64,000 nt of DNA, taken from contig JBGPIA010000019.1 in NCBI GenBank assembly GCA_041484665.1, forward strand, positions 17,493 through 81,492, read 5' to 3'. The notes beneath the pieces are model-generated. The model was not told where the DNA came from and searched no databases. It saw only the letters and a program-made list of their open reading frames with translations. This document shows, in pieces, positions 41,192 through 51,451 of the stretch (positions within the stretch are counted from its first letter, which is position 1; every line of letters starts with the position of its first letter). Both the position numbers and the translations under genes were made by a program. The stretch is from Candidatus Krumholzibacteriia bacterium. Lineage in GTDB: Bacteria; Krumholzibacteriota; Krumholzibacteriia; JAJRXK01.

Positions 41192-42723
41192 CCCCACTGT
41201 TGCATAAAGCGCGCTGGAGTTTGTGATGTCACGCGGCCATTGCACGTCGGAGGAGTTGCTCGAAGTGACCCTGGACGGTCTGGTTTGCGCTCATCGTGAG
41301 GACCGCCGTTCCGCTGTTGTTGGTGAGGCGACCAGCACGCCGAATCAGCAGGGCGCGCAGCGTCGAGAGCTTCTGGAAGGTCCACAGCGCGGCGCGTCCC
41401 GCAGTCGTCGCAGGCCGGGGGGTCAGCGAGCGCATCTGAAGTTCCCGCGTGAGGTTGTGAGCCACCACGGCGGCGTAGAGGTACATCCGGTTCGCGACCC
41501 ACGTGCGGGCGGGGATGTAACCCAGCTGGCAGTCCTGCTTGACCTCGCCGAACACCCCCTCCTGCGCGCCGCGCCCGTGATGGAAAGCCAGCACCTTCTT
41601 GGCCGACTGGCGCTTGTTGGTCAGCACCGCCGTGTACTCGTAGCCCACGACGCTGGGACAGAAGAGGTCCAACTGCAGCGGGCCCTTCTGCCGCTCCTTC
41701 ACCTTCTGCCGGACGATCAGCAGTCGGCGCGGCTTCAGCCAGCAGCGCGGACCCCAGGAAAGCTCGAAGTACGACCAGGTGTCATCAAGACGGTGCCAGC
41801 GCTGGCGAGCTTCGACCAGCTGCTTGAGGTGGGCGAGGCGGTCGAAGGGGACGCTGATGGCGTACTGGACCTCGACGCTCTCCAGCAGAAGCACGGTATT
41901 TTCGCTGAAGAACGCGCTGTCCAGCCGCGACTCGACGGTGACCTGCCCCAGCCGCTCGGCCGTCCCCATCACGCAAGCTTCGATGAAGTCGCCCGCTCCG
42001 TTGGAGTCATGGACGTTCCCCGACCGATGCAGCACGTCGAGGATCTGTCCGGTCTGCGCCACGGTGCACAGCAGCGGGTAGTAGCTGCGCTCTCCCTTGC
42101 GTGCCCGGTTGAAGCCCACGGCCGTACCCTCTGCGTGGCGGCGGGAAGTCAGAACGCTGCCGTCGAAGTCCAGCGTCACCCGGCCCAGTCTCTCGTCAAT
42201 CAGACGGCCCAACACGATGTCGCGGTTGAGACGTGCGACCTCGCCACACGCCCGCAGATCCATAGTCGCGAGGCGCCGGGAGTAGGTCGAGACATCGGGC
42301 AGGTGTTGCCACCCCAGCATACGCAGCACCATGGGGTCGTCCCGGTAGTACGCCATCTCCCGGAGGTTGCGGTGTCCGAGCAGGATGTGCACCACCAAAC
42401 TCAGGAAGAGGTCCACGTGGGCATAGATCGGCCACTGCACGAGGTGCTTGAAGCACCCGAGCAACCGCGCGCGCAGGTTGAGCGACTGGAAGAGCGCTTC
42501 GTACAGGACGAGCCCGGCCGAGGAGGTGAGGGCCTGGTCCTCGAACCGGCACTCGGGAAGCCTATGGACACGACGCCGAATCTCTGCTCTACTGAACTTC
42601 ACTGGAAGTGGCCTCTGCTTCGTGGGGAGTTGGGTGTAATGTTCAACCCCTTTTTCCCATGACGGAGGCCACTTTTCAATTCATTACATCAAGTTATGCC
42701 CAGCTTTTTCTGCAACAGTGGGG
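41192..42723 (-). mobile_element. Complete IS1380-family insertion sequence
   Basis: Terminal IRs CCCCACTGTTGCA (41192-41204) and TGCAACAGTGGGG (42711-42723), flanked by a TCTA direct repeat (41188-41191, 42724-42727). Confidence 0.92.
41229..42602 (-). CDS. IS1380-family DDE transposase
   Basis: LTSSAGL, TLDFDGS, SYYPL, RLDSAFF, HHGRGAQEGVFGEVK, TLRALLIRRAGRL. Confidence 0.92.
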   Translation of the reverse strand: MKFSRAEIRRRVHRLPECRFEDQALTSSAGLVLYEALFQSLNLRARLLGCFKHLVQWPIYAHVDLFLSLVVHILLGHRNLREMAYYRDDPMVLRMLGWQHLPDVSTYSRRLATMDLRACGEVARLNRDIVLGRLIDERLGRVTLDFDGSVLTSRRHAEGTAVGFNRARKGERSYYPLLCTVAQTGQILDVLHRSGNVHDSNGAGDFIEACVMGTAERLGQVTVESRLDSAFFSENTVLLLESVEVQYAISVPFDRLAHLKQLVEARQRWHRLDDTWSYFELSWGPRCWLKPRRLLIVRQKVKERQKGPLQLDLFCPSVVGYEYTAVLTNKRQSAKKVLAFHHGRGAQEGVFGEVKQDCQLGYIPARTWVANRMYLYAAVVAHNLTRELQMRSLTPRPATTAGRAALWTFQKLSTLRALLIRRAGRLTNNSGTAVLTMSANQTVQGHFEQLLRRAMAA

Positions 42724-42724
42724 T

Positions 42725-43615
42725 CTATAGTACAGGGCAGTGCTGAGGGAATCCGATCGTTTCCTTGAGGAGTGCTGCCACGGGTGGTGGGTACCGGTGG
42801 TACGTTACCAGACGCGGATTGTAGTCCTCTTGTAAGAGAAAGGAGGCAATTGCGGGAACGTGCATCGCCCCACAGACAATTCCCACAGGACCCGCGGCCG
42901 AAGCGCGTAGGCCCGCGCGTGCCATGACGCGTTCGCGACGGCGATCAGTCGACTCGACCCAGGAATCAGGATAGCGTGGCGGCCAGACGAGCTGATCCAA
43001 GAGGCAGAGTCGCCGCGCCTGCTCATGGTCATACGCCGAAAAGATAGCGTGGGACACGTGGGAGTTGAGGGCACGCTCATAGTCCAGCGCGCCCGTGGGG
43101 GCTGGTCGCTGCTTCCGCTGACGAGCTGAGATAACGCGAAGCGTACCATAGAGGAGGAAGAGTGGTGACCAGCCGTTGCACCGGGGCCCGAGTAGGGCGT
43201 CATCGCCAGCGGGACTGCCCCGGCGAAGGTACGAGTAAAGACCATCTTCCACGACGAGAATGTCGACAAGGCGCTCCAAGGCGACGACCTCGTCGGTATA
43301 GGCATCCTTGAGTGCTCGAGGAAGGAGTGTCGAACGCCCATCGTGCAGGAGACCAAGGATGTAATACGGCCGGGCACCAGAGGTTACGCGCAGGATAGAA
43401 GTATCGAGGAGGGGCTCGGAACACGTCGACCTCGGCGCTGACGGCTGGTCTTCAGGAGTCCGGATTGGAGGGCCCCGCAGCACGTCCATGCTATGTATGA
43501 GGGCAGGCCAGTCGACAGCAGTGGCAAGGCCCTGCCAGAGATGGTACCGCAAACGGTGGTCTCTGGGCAGGCGCATGCCTTGGTACTCCAGCCACCACTT
43601 GCGCGTCACATGCAC
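42725..43615 (-). CDS. Hypothetical protein, possible TraB/TIKI-like metal-binding fold
   Basis: YILGLLH, VVEDG, RRERVMA and IVCGAMHV resemble TraB/GumN motifs. Lower GC than the flanks. Confidence 0.45.
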   Translation of the reverse strand: MHVTRKWWLEYQGMRLPRDHRLRYHLWQGLATAVDWPALIHSMDVLRGPPIRTPEDQPSAPRSTCSEPLLDTSILRVTSGARPYYILGLLHDGRSTLLPRALKDAYTDEVVALERLVDILVVEDGLYSYLRRGSPAGDDALLGPRCNGWSPLFLLYGTLRVISARQRKQRPAPTGALDYERALNSHVSHAIFSAYDHEQARRLCLLDQLVWPPRYPDSWVESTDRRRERVMARAGLRASAAGPVGIVCGAMHVPAIASFLLQEDYNPRLVTYHRYPPPVAALLKETIGFPQHCPVL

Positions 43616-43820
43616 GGGGTACAGTATCCGCCAACAAATAGAGGGGCATCATGGCGCAAGGGAAAGTGAGGCCGGTTTAAATGTGTTGCGGAGGATGCGA
43701 AGACAAGCAAGGAGGTAGTAGTACTCAACGGGATGACGTGGGGACAGTTGGCCGCGGGTAACATGCCACGCATGTGGTGTTACTCGGCGAAGTAAACGGC
43801 CCGAACGCGCAGAAACACGC

Positions 43821-44489
43821 TCAGAGGTATCCTCGTTCGCGGAGGCTGACGTACGCGTCAGGCGCGATGACGAGGTGGTCCAAGAGCCGGATGCCGATGA
43901 CTTCGCCGGCGCTTGCGATGCGACGTGTCAGACGGCGGTCATCGTCGGACGGCTCCGGATCGCCCGACGGGTGATTATGGGCGAGGACGATTGAGGCGCT
44001 GTTCGCGTGGATCGCTGCCTTGTAGACCTCGCGGGGTTCCACGCCCGCCGCATTTAGGCTGCCTACGCTCGTGAGGTCGACGCCGAGGACTTGGTTCCGC
44101 GCGCCCAGGAGCAGGGTGGCGAGGTTCTCTCGATCAGCGAACGCCAAACCCCGCAGGAGCGCATACGCGTCGGCGGGCCCATTCACATAATGCGGCTCCC
44201 TGGGCGCGCCGGGCACGTGCTCCAAGCGTAGACGTACCAGCCACGGCTCGTATGAGAGCTCCGGAGTGGAGGGCGTAGTCGCGGTTTCCGCAGTGGTGGC
44301 GTAGGGGAGTGTGCGCAGCAGGAGGCCGTCTTCGAGGCGCTGGACGGTGTACTGCGTACCTTGACGGAACCCCGCGTCCTCCAACCACCGGCCGGCGAGC
44401 TGCACGCGCGCCACCAGACTCGACTGCCCGCGCCGAGCGCCGACGGTGTGGAGCTTCGGCGCCGCCCACGCGGGCTTGCGCTTCGTCAT
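43821..44489 (-). CDS. radC: RadC-like JAB protein with N-terminal SymE-like domain
   Basis: C-terminal DRENL...PREVYKAAI...AHNHPSGDPEPSDDD...LLDHLVI. N-terminal VQLAGRWLEDAGFRQGTQYTVQRLEDGLLL. Confidence 0.85.
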   Translation of the reverse strand: MTKRKPAWAAPKLHTVGARRGQSSLVARVQLAGRWLEDAGFRQGTQYTVQRLEDGLLLRTLPYATTAETATTPSTPELSYEPWLVRLRLEHVPGAPREPHYVNGPADAYALLRGLAFADRENLATLLLGARNQVLGVDLTSVGSLNAAGVEPREVYKAAIHANSASIVLAHNHPSGDPEPSDDDRRLTRRIASAGEVIGIRLLDHLVIAPDAYVSLRERGYL

Positions 44490-44671
44490 GGCCGCCGCGC
44501 CGGCATGACGCGCCGGTCGTCAGGGGCCAAGTCCCGGCCCGCGCATGTTTCGCTGCAGTACACCGTTGCTTCTTCCAACGGCACAATCCCGTTGGGCCCG
44601 AGCACCGCGTGCTGCACCGCGACCACGTTGAGCCCCTCACGCAACACCTTGCGACACCCCGCGCACTCCAT
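44486..44671 (-). CDS. Small Zn-finger protein (CxxC...CxxxC)
   Basis: MECAGCRK...YCSETC. Its stop overlaps the radC ATG. Confidence 0.55.
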   Translation of the reverse strand: MECAGCRKVLREGLNVVAVQHAVLGPNGIVPLEEATVYCSETCAGRDLAPDDRRVMPARRP

Positions 44672-44861
44672 GAACCACCACCACCGGAAGCAGAACCGCT
44701 TCCACGAAGCACGTGGTGCCGGGGATTGAAGAGTCTTGAACCGACGAACCACACGTACAGGGACCAGGCGCGGCTTGTTGAAGCGGGCGTTGCGGCGCTT
44801 GACCGAGGACTTCCTGCACCTGATGGTGGGTGTGGTTCCTGTCGCATTGTTGGGGGGTGCA

Positions 44862-45546
44862 ATGCTGCGCGGCGAGGCGGAGCACGCGGCGATCGGCGCG
44901 TATCGAGGGATCCTCGAGGGCGTCGCCCTTCGGGCTGACAAACTCGGGGAGCGGGTGGTCGCGTCCCACTGGCCGTTCGTCGGCACGGACTACCGGCGCA
45001 TCCTCATCGTGGGACAGGCACTCGCGGGCTGGGATGACAAGACGTCTCCGGCCCTGTGGCCAGTGGTGCGCGCGTGCACCCCGTCGGGGCGGCTTGACCT
45101 GCTCGAGGCGACCCGGGCGTGGGCGAGGAGGCAGCCGGAGCCGATGTGGGAGGTGCTCCGGCACGGCAAGCGCGCGGGGTCAGCCTTCTGGACCCTGTCA
45201 GAGCACGTCGTTCTTGCCCTCGACCCCAACGGCGACGGGCCGTGGTACAGCCGTCACGCGTGGTGGAACCTCTTCCCACTGGGCTGGGGAGACACCGAGG
45301 CGGGCCCGGTACCCGGTGACGCGCTCTGGGAAGCACAACTCCCACACGTCGCGACGTTATTCCGCGCGCTTGCTCGGCCTGGACGACTTGAAGCCCCTTC
45401 CGTGCCCGCTCGTTGCAGGCGGCGTGCGTGATGGCCGCGCCATCGTCTGGACATACCACCCCGGCGCCAGGCTCAAAGGCGTCACGCGCCACGACTTCGC
45501 GACGACAATTGTGCGGGCACTCGGAGGACTCGACGAAGCGCGGTAA
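44862..45546 (+). pseudogene. Uracil-DNA-glycosylase-superfamily-like gene, frameshifted near 45370
   Basis: PFVG..Y..ILIVGQA..GW, SAFW and WWNLFP in one frame. WTYHPG (the UDG-fold HP motif) lies in a second frame. Confidence 0.5.
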
Positions 45547-45851
45547 GCCAGCAGCGCGCCCCCGAGAGGGCCGCGACGTTCAGCGCACGCAGGAACGCGA
45601 TGTCACCCCGTGATCACGCGGTCGAGGCGACGGGTATAGACGGGCGTGGCCGCTGGATTCGGGCGGGTTCGGTCCGGCCGGTGCGGCCTGCAGGGTGTGG
45701 GTGGTTGTTCAGTTCAGAGCATTTATAGACCAAGAGCTTCCCAAACCCGGGGGTTGCGTCCCAATCGCGGGACGAAACTGCCGGTTCGTGAGGGGTGGGG
45801 GGCCTGGTGTGCGCAGACGGAGGGGACCGAAGGACTCAAGCAGGTGCAGGC

Positions 45852-46436
45852 ATGACCTTCGACGGGGAGGACGCGGAGGCCGCGTGGTACTGGCTCGTAC
45901 GTGGTGAGCGACGACAGACCATTCTGGAGGCGCTGCGTCAGCCGCTGACCGGCACGCAGCTCACCAAGAAGACGGGGATGAACGGCCGAGGCGTCGAAGC
46001 AGGACTGGCGGAACTGCGAGTCTACAACCTCGTCACCTGCCTGAACCCCAATGCGTGCCGCAGCCGCGTGTACGGCCTCACAGACCTGGGGGTGGCGTTT
46101 CAGGAACGCCTGGCTGCCCTGACGGGTCGGACGTGGATGCCCCCGATTCTCGCCGGAGGCCTTGACTGGGGGTTGTATGGGTGGTGCTGCTACCGCCACC
46201 GTAGCGCAATGCTGCTGGCATTCGACGAGCCAGGACAACCAGCCGCGATCAGGCGTGTGGCGCACAGCCGTGATCCGAACCTGCGGATGAGCTCCAACAA
46301 CGCACGCGACGTCGTACGACTCCTACGCCAGCAAGGACTCGTCGTACCCCTCGTCGAACGGAAACGACGGTACCCACGCTACGCACTCACCCCCACCGGC
46401 GCGGTCATGCAGCACCTCCTGCAAGGCGCCACGTGA
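45852..46436 (+). CDS. Tandem winged-HTH protein
   Basis: Two wHTH units: RRQTILEALRQPLTGTQL...LVTCLNPNACRSRVYGLT and RSAMLLAFDEP...LRQQGLV...YALTPTG. Confidence 0.75.
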   Translation: MTFDGEDAEAAWYWLVRGERRQTILEALRQPLTGTQLTKKTGMNGRGVEAGLAELRVYNLVTCLNPNACRSRVYGLTDLGVAFQERLAALTGRTWMPPILAGGLDWGLYGWCCYRHRSAMLLAFDEPGQPAAIRRVAHSRDPNLRMSSNNARDVVRLLRQQGLVVPLVERKRRYPRYALTPTGAVMQHLLQGAT

Positions 46437-46592
46437 ACAACCACGAAGAGGACGGGCCGGCGTGGGGGGCGACTCCAGCCGAAGACGAGATCACGAAGAA
46501 GTCTGACGGTTGGGAGTCAATGGCGAGCCTGCGCCATCAGGAGCGCATGGATACGGACGGTGCTGCGTGAAGCGGTCGACCACCGCGGAGGA

Positions 46593-47075
46593 ATGCGCAT
46601 GCGGCTGACGACCGTCCACGACGACCACGAGCAACGCGCCGAACGGTGGCGAAGCGTTGCTGGCGGCTTGGAGGACGAAGCACGCAGCGCGCTCCACGAA
46701 GCCTCCCCGAATGGGGGGAACGGGATGACGCTGCCCTCCGTATGGGTCACCCGGGAGCTTGCATTCGTGCTTGACACCTTGGACTCCTGGCGCGCCCACC
46801 ACGCAAGCCAACTCGGCGAACTTGCCGAGCTCGAACAAGCACTCGGCAGCGCCGTCTTGAATCTGCCGCCGTACGAAAACCCCCAATGCAAGGGGGTCTG
46901 GGAGTGGCGCGAGAAACTCAACGACCGCCTTCTGACGTTGCACGCGAACAGGCGCAGCCTCGCAGAGCGGCACGCGGAACGCGAAGCAGCACTCCACGAA
47001 CGACTCTTCACCCTCCTGCAGCGGCACGCGGTGCTCCGGCCGCTCATGCAGAACGGACTCCAGAATGGAACTTGA
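46593..47075 (+). CDS. Hypothetical coiled-coil protein
   Basis: GGAGG RBS; helical; overlaps the start of the ATPase gene. Confidence 0.55.
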   Translation: MRMRLTTVHDDHEQRAERWRSVAGGLEDEARSALHEASPNGGNGMTLPSVWVTRELAFVLDTLDSWRAHHASQLGELAELEQALGSAVLNLPPYENPQCKGVWEWREKLNDRLLTLHANRRSLAERHAEREAALHERLFTLLQRHAVLRPLMQNGLQNGT

Positions 47076-49071
47076 GCCGATCGCACGCAAACTCGAACCA
47101 CTACGACCACGGCTGGTCGCGTACTGGCGGCACGCACGCGAAACAGCACCGCCCGATCTCAAAGCACTCCTGGACACCCAGCTGCTCATCACCGCACGAC
47201 GCGTCTTGGGCAACCACGAGCACGACATCCTCCTCTCACTACCACCCGAAAAGACCGCGAAAGGCCGATTCCACCTCGGCACGATCCAGTACGCCGGGGA
47301 GCGGTGGCCCCTCGGCTTGCAAGCAGGCGAACTCCTCCAAGGGACAGCGGTCTTCGGGCGGAGTGGCGCGGGGAAGACGAACCTCGTATTCCACCTCCTC
47401 GGACAACTCGTCGAAGAAGGAATCCCGTGGCTCTTCCTCGACTGGAAGAGAACCGTACGCCACCTCCTCCCGTACCTGCACGCGCGCATCCGCGTGTACA
47501 CGCCCGGCAGGATGGTGAGCCCGTTCCCCTTCAACCCCTTCGCTCCACCCCCGGGCTTGGAGGCGCAGGTGTACTGGCACCATGTCACCGACGTACTCGC
47601 CGACGCGTACACGCTCGGCGACGCTGCGACAAGCCTGATTGAGAAAGCACTCCGCGCATGCGCGGAAGAACACGAACACGCGCCGACAGTCCAGCAGGTT
47701 CGGGCAGCAGTGGAGCGGGTTCCCGACCGGGAACGCGTCCGCGGCTGGAAGAGCACCGCGTTACGCGCCCTCGAAAGCCTGGAAACGTCACACCTCACGG
47801 CGGGGGACGCGCACGAACAAGCACGCACGATGAACGCGCTCACGCGACAATCCACCGTGCTCGAACTTGACGGCCTGTCAACTAGCGGGAAGGCCTTCCT
47901 CATACCGCTCTTGTGTCTGTGGGTGTACTACACCAAACTTGCCAGCAGAACACGCGAGGAGCTATCGCTCGTGATTGTGGTCGAAGAGGCTCACCACGTG
48001 CTGTACACGAGAGCAGGTCGGGAGACTATCCTCGAGATGCTGCTGCGGCAGTGCCGGGAACTCGGCATCGCCCTTATCGTCGTCGACCAGCACCCAAGCC
48101 TGATAAGCCCCGCGGCGCTGGGGAACTGCTATACGAGCGTGTGCTTGAACCTGAAGGATCCGACCGACGCGCGGAAGGCAGCACAGCTGTCGACCGTCCC
48201 TGACGAGACCACGTTCACCCGCCTACTCATAGGCACAGGGGTCGTGAAGCTGCAGAACCGGTGGCACCAACCCATCCTCGTACGATTCCCCCACGTGCAG
48301 CACGAGAAGGGACGCATCACCGACGCCGACCTCCAACAACTCGCAGCGGGCCTGGGAGCGGGTTCGGGCACCGTAGGGCATGGCAGCGAAGAATACGGGC
48401 AGGTTTGGCAGGGTCTCACCAGCGAAGCCCCACTCAGGGAAGACGCACTCCGAATGCTCATGGATGTAGGCCAGCATCCCTGGGACGGGGTGAAAGCACG
48501 CTACCAACGCCTCAACCTCAGCGCACACCGCGGCACGAAACTCGTACGCCACCTTGTCAGGACGGGATGGCTCGAAACCGCCACGATTCCGATTGATACG
48601 AGCCGAAAGGTCGTCCTCCGACCCACGAAGCAAGCAGCCACGCTGCTCGGCACCAACCCCCGCGCCCGGGAGAGCATCGCGCACGAGTACTGGAAGCACC
48701 ACTACGCAGAAGCGTACCGACGCGCAGGATGGCACGTCACCTTGGAGGCCCCACTCGGCGGCGGGCGCATCGACGTACTTGCGGTGGCGAACAAAACGCG
48801 CGTGGGCATCGAGATCGAGACCGGCTCGTCCGACATCGTTGGAAACGTACGCCGCTGCCTGCGCGCCGGCATCGACCAGGTCTTCGTGGCGGCAACAACC
48901 AATGCTGCCCTCACGCGGGTCGAGGTAGCCCTCGGCGCGGCCGGACTCCTCACCCCTGGCCGGGTCATCACCATGCTCCCAGATGCACACACCGCGATTC
49001 CCGCATCCGCGGTGTCCAGCTACGCGGGACTTCGTCCAAGCCGGCGGAGGGTCCGCAAGGTGATCGAATAG
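47065..49071 (+). CDS. HerA/VirB4/TrwB-like ATPase fused to wHTH and PD-(D/E)xK nuclease
   Basis: GRSGAGKT, LDWKR, FNPF, VVEEAHH, RQCRELG, DQHPS. C-terminal H...LEAPLGGGRIDVLA...GIEIETG. Confidence 0.85.
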   Translation: MELEPIARKLEPLRPRLVAYWRHARETAPPDLKALLDTQLLITARRVLGNHEHDILLSLPPEKTAKGRFHLGTIQYAGERWPLGLQAGELLQGTAVFGRSGAGKTNLVFHLLGQLVEEGIPWLFLDWKRTVRHLLPYLHARIRVYTPGRMVSPFPFNPFAPPPGLEAQVYWHHVTDVLADAYTLGDAATSLIEKALRACAEEHEHAPTVQQVRAAVERVPDRERVRGWKSTALRALESLETSHLTAGDAHEQARTMNALTRQSTVLELDGLSTSGKAFLIPLLCLWVYYTKLASRTREELSLVIVVEEAHHVLYTRAGRETILEMLLRQCRELGIALIVVDQHPSLISPAALGNCYTSVCLNLKDPTDARKAAQLSTVPDETTFTRLLIGTGVVKLQNRWHQPILVRFPHVQHEKGRITDADLQQLAAGLGAGSGTVGHGSEEYGQVWQGLTSEAPLREDALRMLMDVGQHPWDGVKARYQRLNLSAHRGTKLVRHLVRTGWLETATIPIDTSRKVVLRPTKQAATLLGTNPRARESIAHEYWKHHYAEAYRRAGWHVTLEAPLGGGRIDVLAVANKTRVGIEIETGSSDIVGNVRRCLRAGIDQVFVAATTNAALTRVEVALGAAGLLTPGRVITMLPDAHTAIPASAVSSYAGLRPSRRRVRKVIE

Positions 49072-49631
49072 CGATGGCGCCGCACGGGGGGCACTTGGTG
49101 CTGCCACTCCCACCGGCTCGCCGCGCGCATAACGAGCAAGGAGCGTGGCGGCAAGGTAACGGCGTGCGTGGCTCGCCCCGAGTTACCGCGCCGGAACTGC
49201 ATGACCGCCGGGCCGAGCAGGGAGATCGTGAACACGGGTTCACCGAACACCGGCGCGTCAGCGTGCCAGCCAATCCCGGCACCCACCGGGTAGTCGGCGA
49301 TGATGACCTGCTCGACGGCGGACAACGCCACGCCCGCGTGCTGAGCACAGCGCTCCCGGACGCCAAGCAACGGCGGCGGGATGGGCGGCGCCGGGGTCAG
49401 CTTCCGACTGAGCGTGACATAGTTGCGCCCATAACAGATCATCCGGCGCTTCGCCACCTGGCCACGCATCCGGATTACGCCCCACGCACCCTCCAGGCTG
49501 GCAATGAACTCCAGGAGGAGCGTCTCATCTTCGCGCGTGATGACACCGGGAACGAGCTGAAGCCCGGGAATCCGGGCGCAGGCCGCACCGTCGGGGAGCA
49601 TCGCGTCAAACCTCCAACAGTCCTCCGCCAT
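49020..49631 (-). CDS. AlkB-like 2OG-Fe(II) dioxygenase
   Basis: YPVGAGIGWHAD, ISLLG, WQHQVPP...RYSITLR. Confidence 0.85.
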   Translation of the reverse strand: MAEDCWRFDAMLPDGAACARIPGLQLVPGVITREDETLLLEFIASLEGAWGVIRMRGQVAKRRMICYGRNYVTLSRKLTPAPPIPPPLLGVRERCAQHAGVALSAVEQVIIADYPVGAGIGWHADAPVFGEPVFTISLLGPAVMQFRRGNSGRATHAVTLPPRSLLVMRAASRWEWQHQVPPVRRHRYSITLRTLRRLGRSPA

Positions 49632-49680
49632 CCACTGATTCCGAGCCGAAGATGGCGCACCCGAGGTCGGAACCCGGACG

Positions 49681-49974
49681 TCACCGTGCGCCGTAGAGGA
49701 ATTCAAGGATCACGTCAGCATGGCAGGGCACGTCCAAAGGGCAGAAGCAACCAAGGTTGTAGCCGCGCAGAGGTTCTAGGAAGCGAGGGTCATGCTTCAA
49801 CTGCTGCTGCAGCCACCCCCGGTAGAGCGCCACAGATTGCTCACGCCCGTACTCTTCGAGTTTGTAGGGATTCCCCCACCGCGCCGGCCGGTGAACCGCT
49901 TTGTATCCCCGGGACCGTCGCGCCACGACACGACGCGGAACCCCCGCCTGGCGCGATTTCGTGCGCGTGCTCAT
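49681..49974 (-). CDS. DUF4326-domain protein
   Basis: RPARWGNPY...LRGYNLGCFCP..PCHADVI. Confidence 0.85.
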   Translation of the reverse strand: MSTRTKSRQAGVPRRVVARRSRGYKAVHRPARWGNPYKLEEYGREQSVALYRGWLQQQLKHDPRFLEPLRGYNLGCFCPLDVPCHADVILEFLYGAR

Positions 49975-50045
49975 CGCACCATCCTGCCGTGAAATGCCCT
50001 CGCCAGCTGTGCACTCGTTTTGTGCAGACCGTCCGGCTCACGATG

Positions 50046-50711
50046 TCAGGCCGCGCTTCTGCGTAATCCCTGGATTCGTTGGACAACCGGGGGCAACGCG
50101 ACATCCTCGTGACTGACCCACCAGTTGAGTATGCGCTCCTCCTTGATCGTGCCCGCGACCGCGCCCCCCGCCTCGAGCAAGTAGGTTCGTAGCGCGTCGA
50201 AGCTCTGCGCGATCGGACCTCGGTCGCCTTGCACCGTGAGCACCACCGCCGTGCCGTACGGCTTGGGCAGATACGCAGCGAACATCCCAGTCCCGCAGAG
50301 GCGCTCGATGAGGCGTGGGTCAGAGCGATCTCGGTCCATCGTGATATGGATCTCCGTCTGGCGAAACTGTCCGGCGGGCAGGGGCGCGAGCTCGAACGCC
50401 AAGGCGAGCGGGACGCGCGTGTCGAAGGGGCTTTCCGGGATGTGCCAGTCCGCTATTACGACTTCGCCCTCAAGATAGCCGCGCATTGAAGTCGAGGAGA
50501 GAAAGTCCACAGCTCGGCTGAACCTGTGCCGGAACTCGCGCCCCTCTTCGCACTTGAGGGTGAGATGATGCGCGGGCTCGAAGTGGTGGATTCCCGGTGG
50601 GTGGCCGCAGAAGTTCGTCTCCCGGAAGCCGTGGTCATGCGTCAGCGTCTCGAGGACGTCACCGTCGAGCGAAGTTGCGTCGACGTGGATGTGGAAATCA
50701 GTTAGGCCCAT
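50046..50711 (-). CDS. Hypothetical His-rich protein
   Basis: GGAGG RBS; overlaps the permease stop; FHIHVD / HHFEPAHHLT / EIHITMD motifs. Confidence 0.65.
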   Translation of the reverse strand: MGLTDFHIHVDATSLDGDVLETLTHDHGFRETNFCGHPPGIHHFEPAHHLTLKCEEGREFRHRFSRAVDFLSSTSMRGYLEGEVVIADWHIPESPFDTRVPLALAFELAPLPAGQFRQTEIHITMDRDRSDPRLIERLCGTGMFAAYLPKPYGTAVVLTVQGDRGPIAQSFDALRTYLLEAGGAVAGTIKEERILNWWVSHEDVALPPVVQRIQGLRRSAA

Positions 50712-51451
50712 GCTGGTTTCCTCCAAAAAACGACGCGGCGTTCTGCGAGCGCCACGAGGCCGAAGAAGGCCAAGCCGGCAAGCGCGGTGCACGTGATTGC
50801 CGCGAACATGAGAGGGGTGTCGAGGTAGTACGAGCTCACAGTGATGAGGTGCCCGACGCCGCGCTTCGCTCCCGTGAACTCTCCGATCACGGCGCCGACG
50901 ACCGCGAGGGTGCTTGCGACGCGCAAGCCCGAGAAGACCGCGGGCAGCGATGCTGGCGCGCGCAGGCGCCATAGGACGGTCCACCGGCTGGCGTCCACGC
51001 TTCGCGCGAGATCAAGAATCTCGTCGTCGAGGGCTGCTAGTCCTTGGACGGCGTTGACGAGCACGGGGAAGAAGGCAACCATGGCAGCCATGACAACCTT
51101 GGAGAGCATGCCGTTGCCGGCCCACAGGACGATGAACGGCGCCAGTGCGATGATCGGGGTGGACTTCAGGACGATCGCGTACGGGTACAGGGTCTCGCGT
51201 ACGGGGCGGGAGTACAGGAAGGCGATGGCGAGCGCGAGCGCGCCGAAGGTGGCGAGCGCGAAGCCCAGGAGTGCTTCGAGCATGGTGATCGCGGTGTTCT
51301 CAAGGAGGCGTGGGGCATTCGCAATGCCCGCAGAAACGACGGCGGATGGGGCTGGCAGGACGATCGGGTTCACGAGGCGCGTTCGGGCCATGGCTTCCCA
51401 GGCCAGCGCGACGACGGCGGTGAATGCGAGTGGGAGTGGTGTGTGCTTCAT
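50702..51451 (-). CDS. NitT/TauT-family ABC transporter permease
   Basis: LPAPSAV, PIIALAP, FFPVLVN, AVVGAVIGEF. Confidence 0.92.
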   Translation of the reverse strand: MKHTPLPLAFTAVVALAWEAMARTRLVNPIVLPAPSAVVSAGIANAPRLLENTAITMLEALLGFALATFGALALAIAFLYSRPVRETLYPYAIVLKSTPIIALAPFIVLWAGNGMLSKVVMAAMVAFFPVLVNAVQGLAALDDEILDLARSVDASRWTVLWRLRAPASLPAVFSGLRVASTLAVVGAVIGEFTGAKRGVGHLITVSSYYLDTPLMFAAITCTALAGLAFFGLVALAERRVVFWRKPAWA

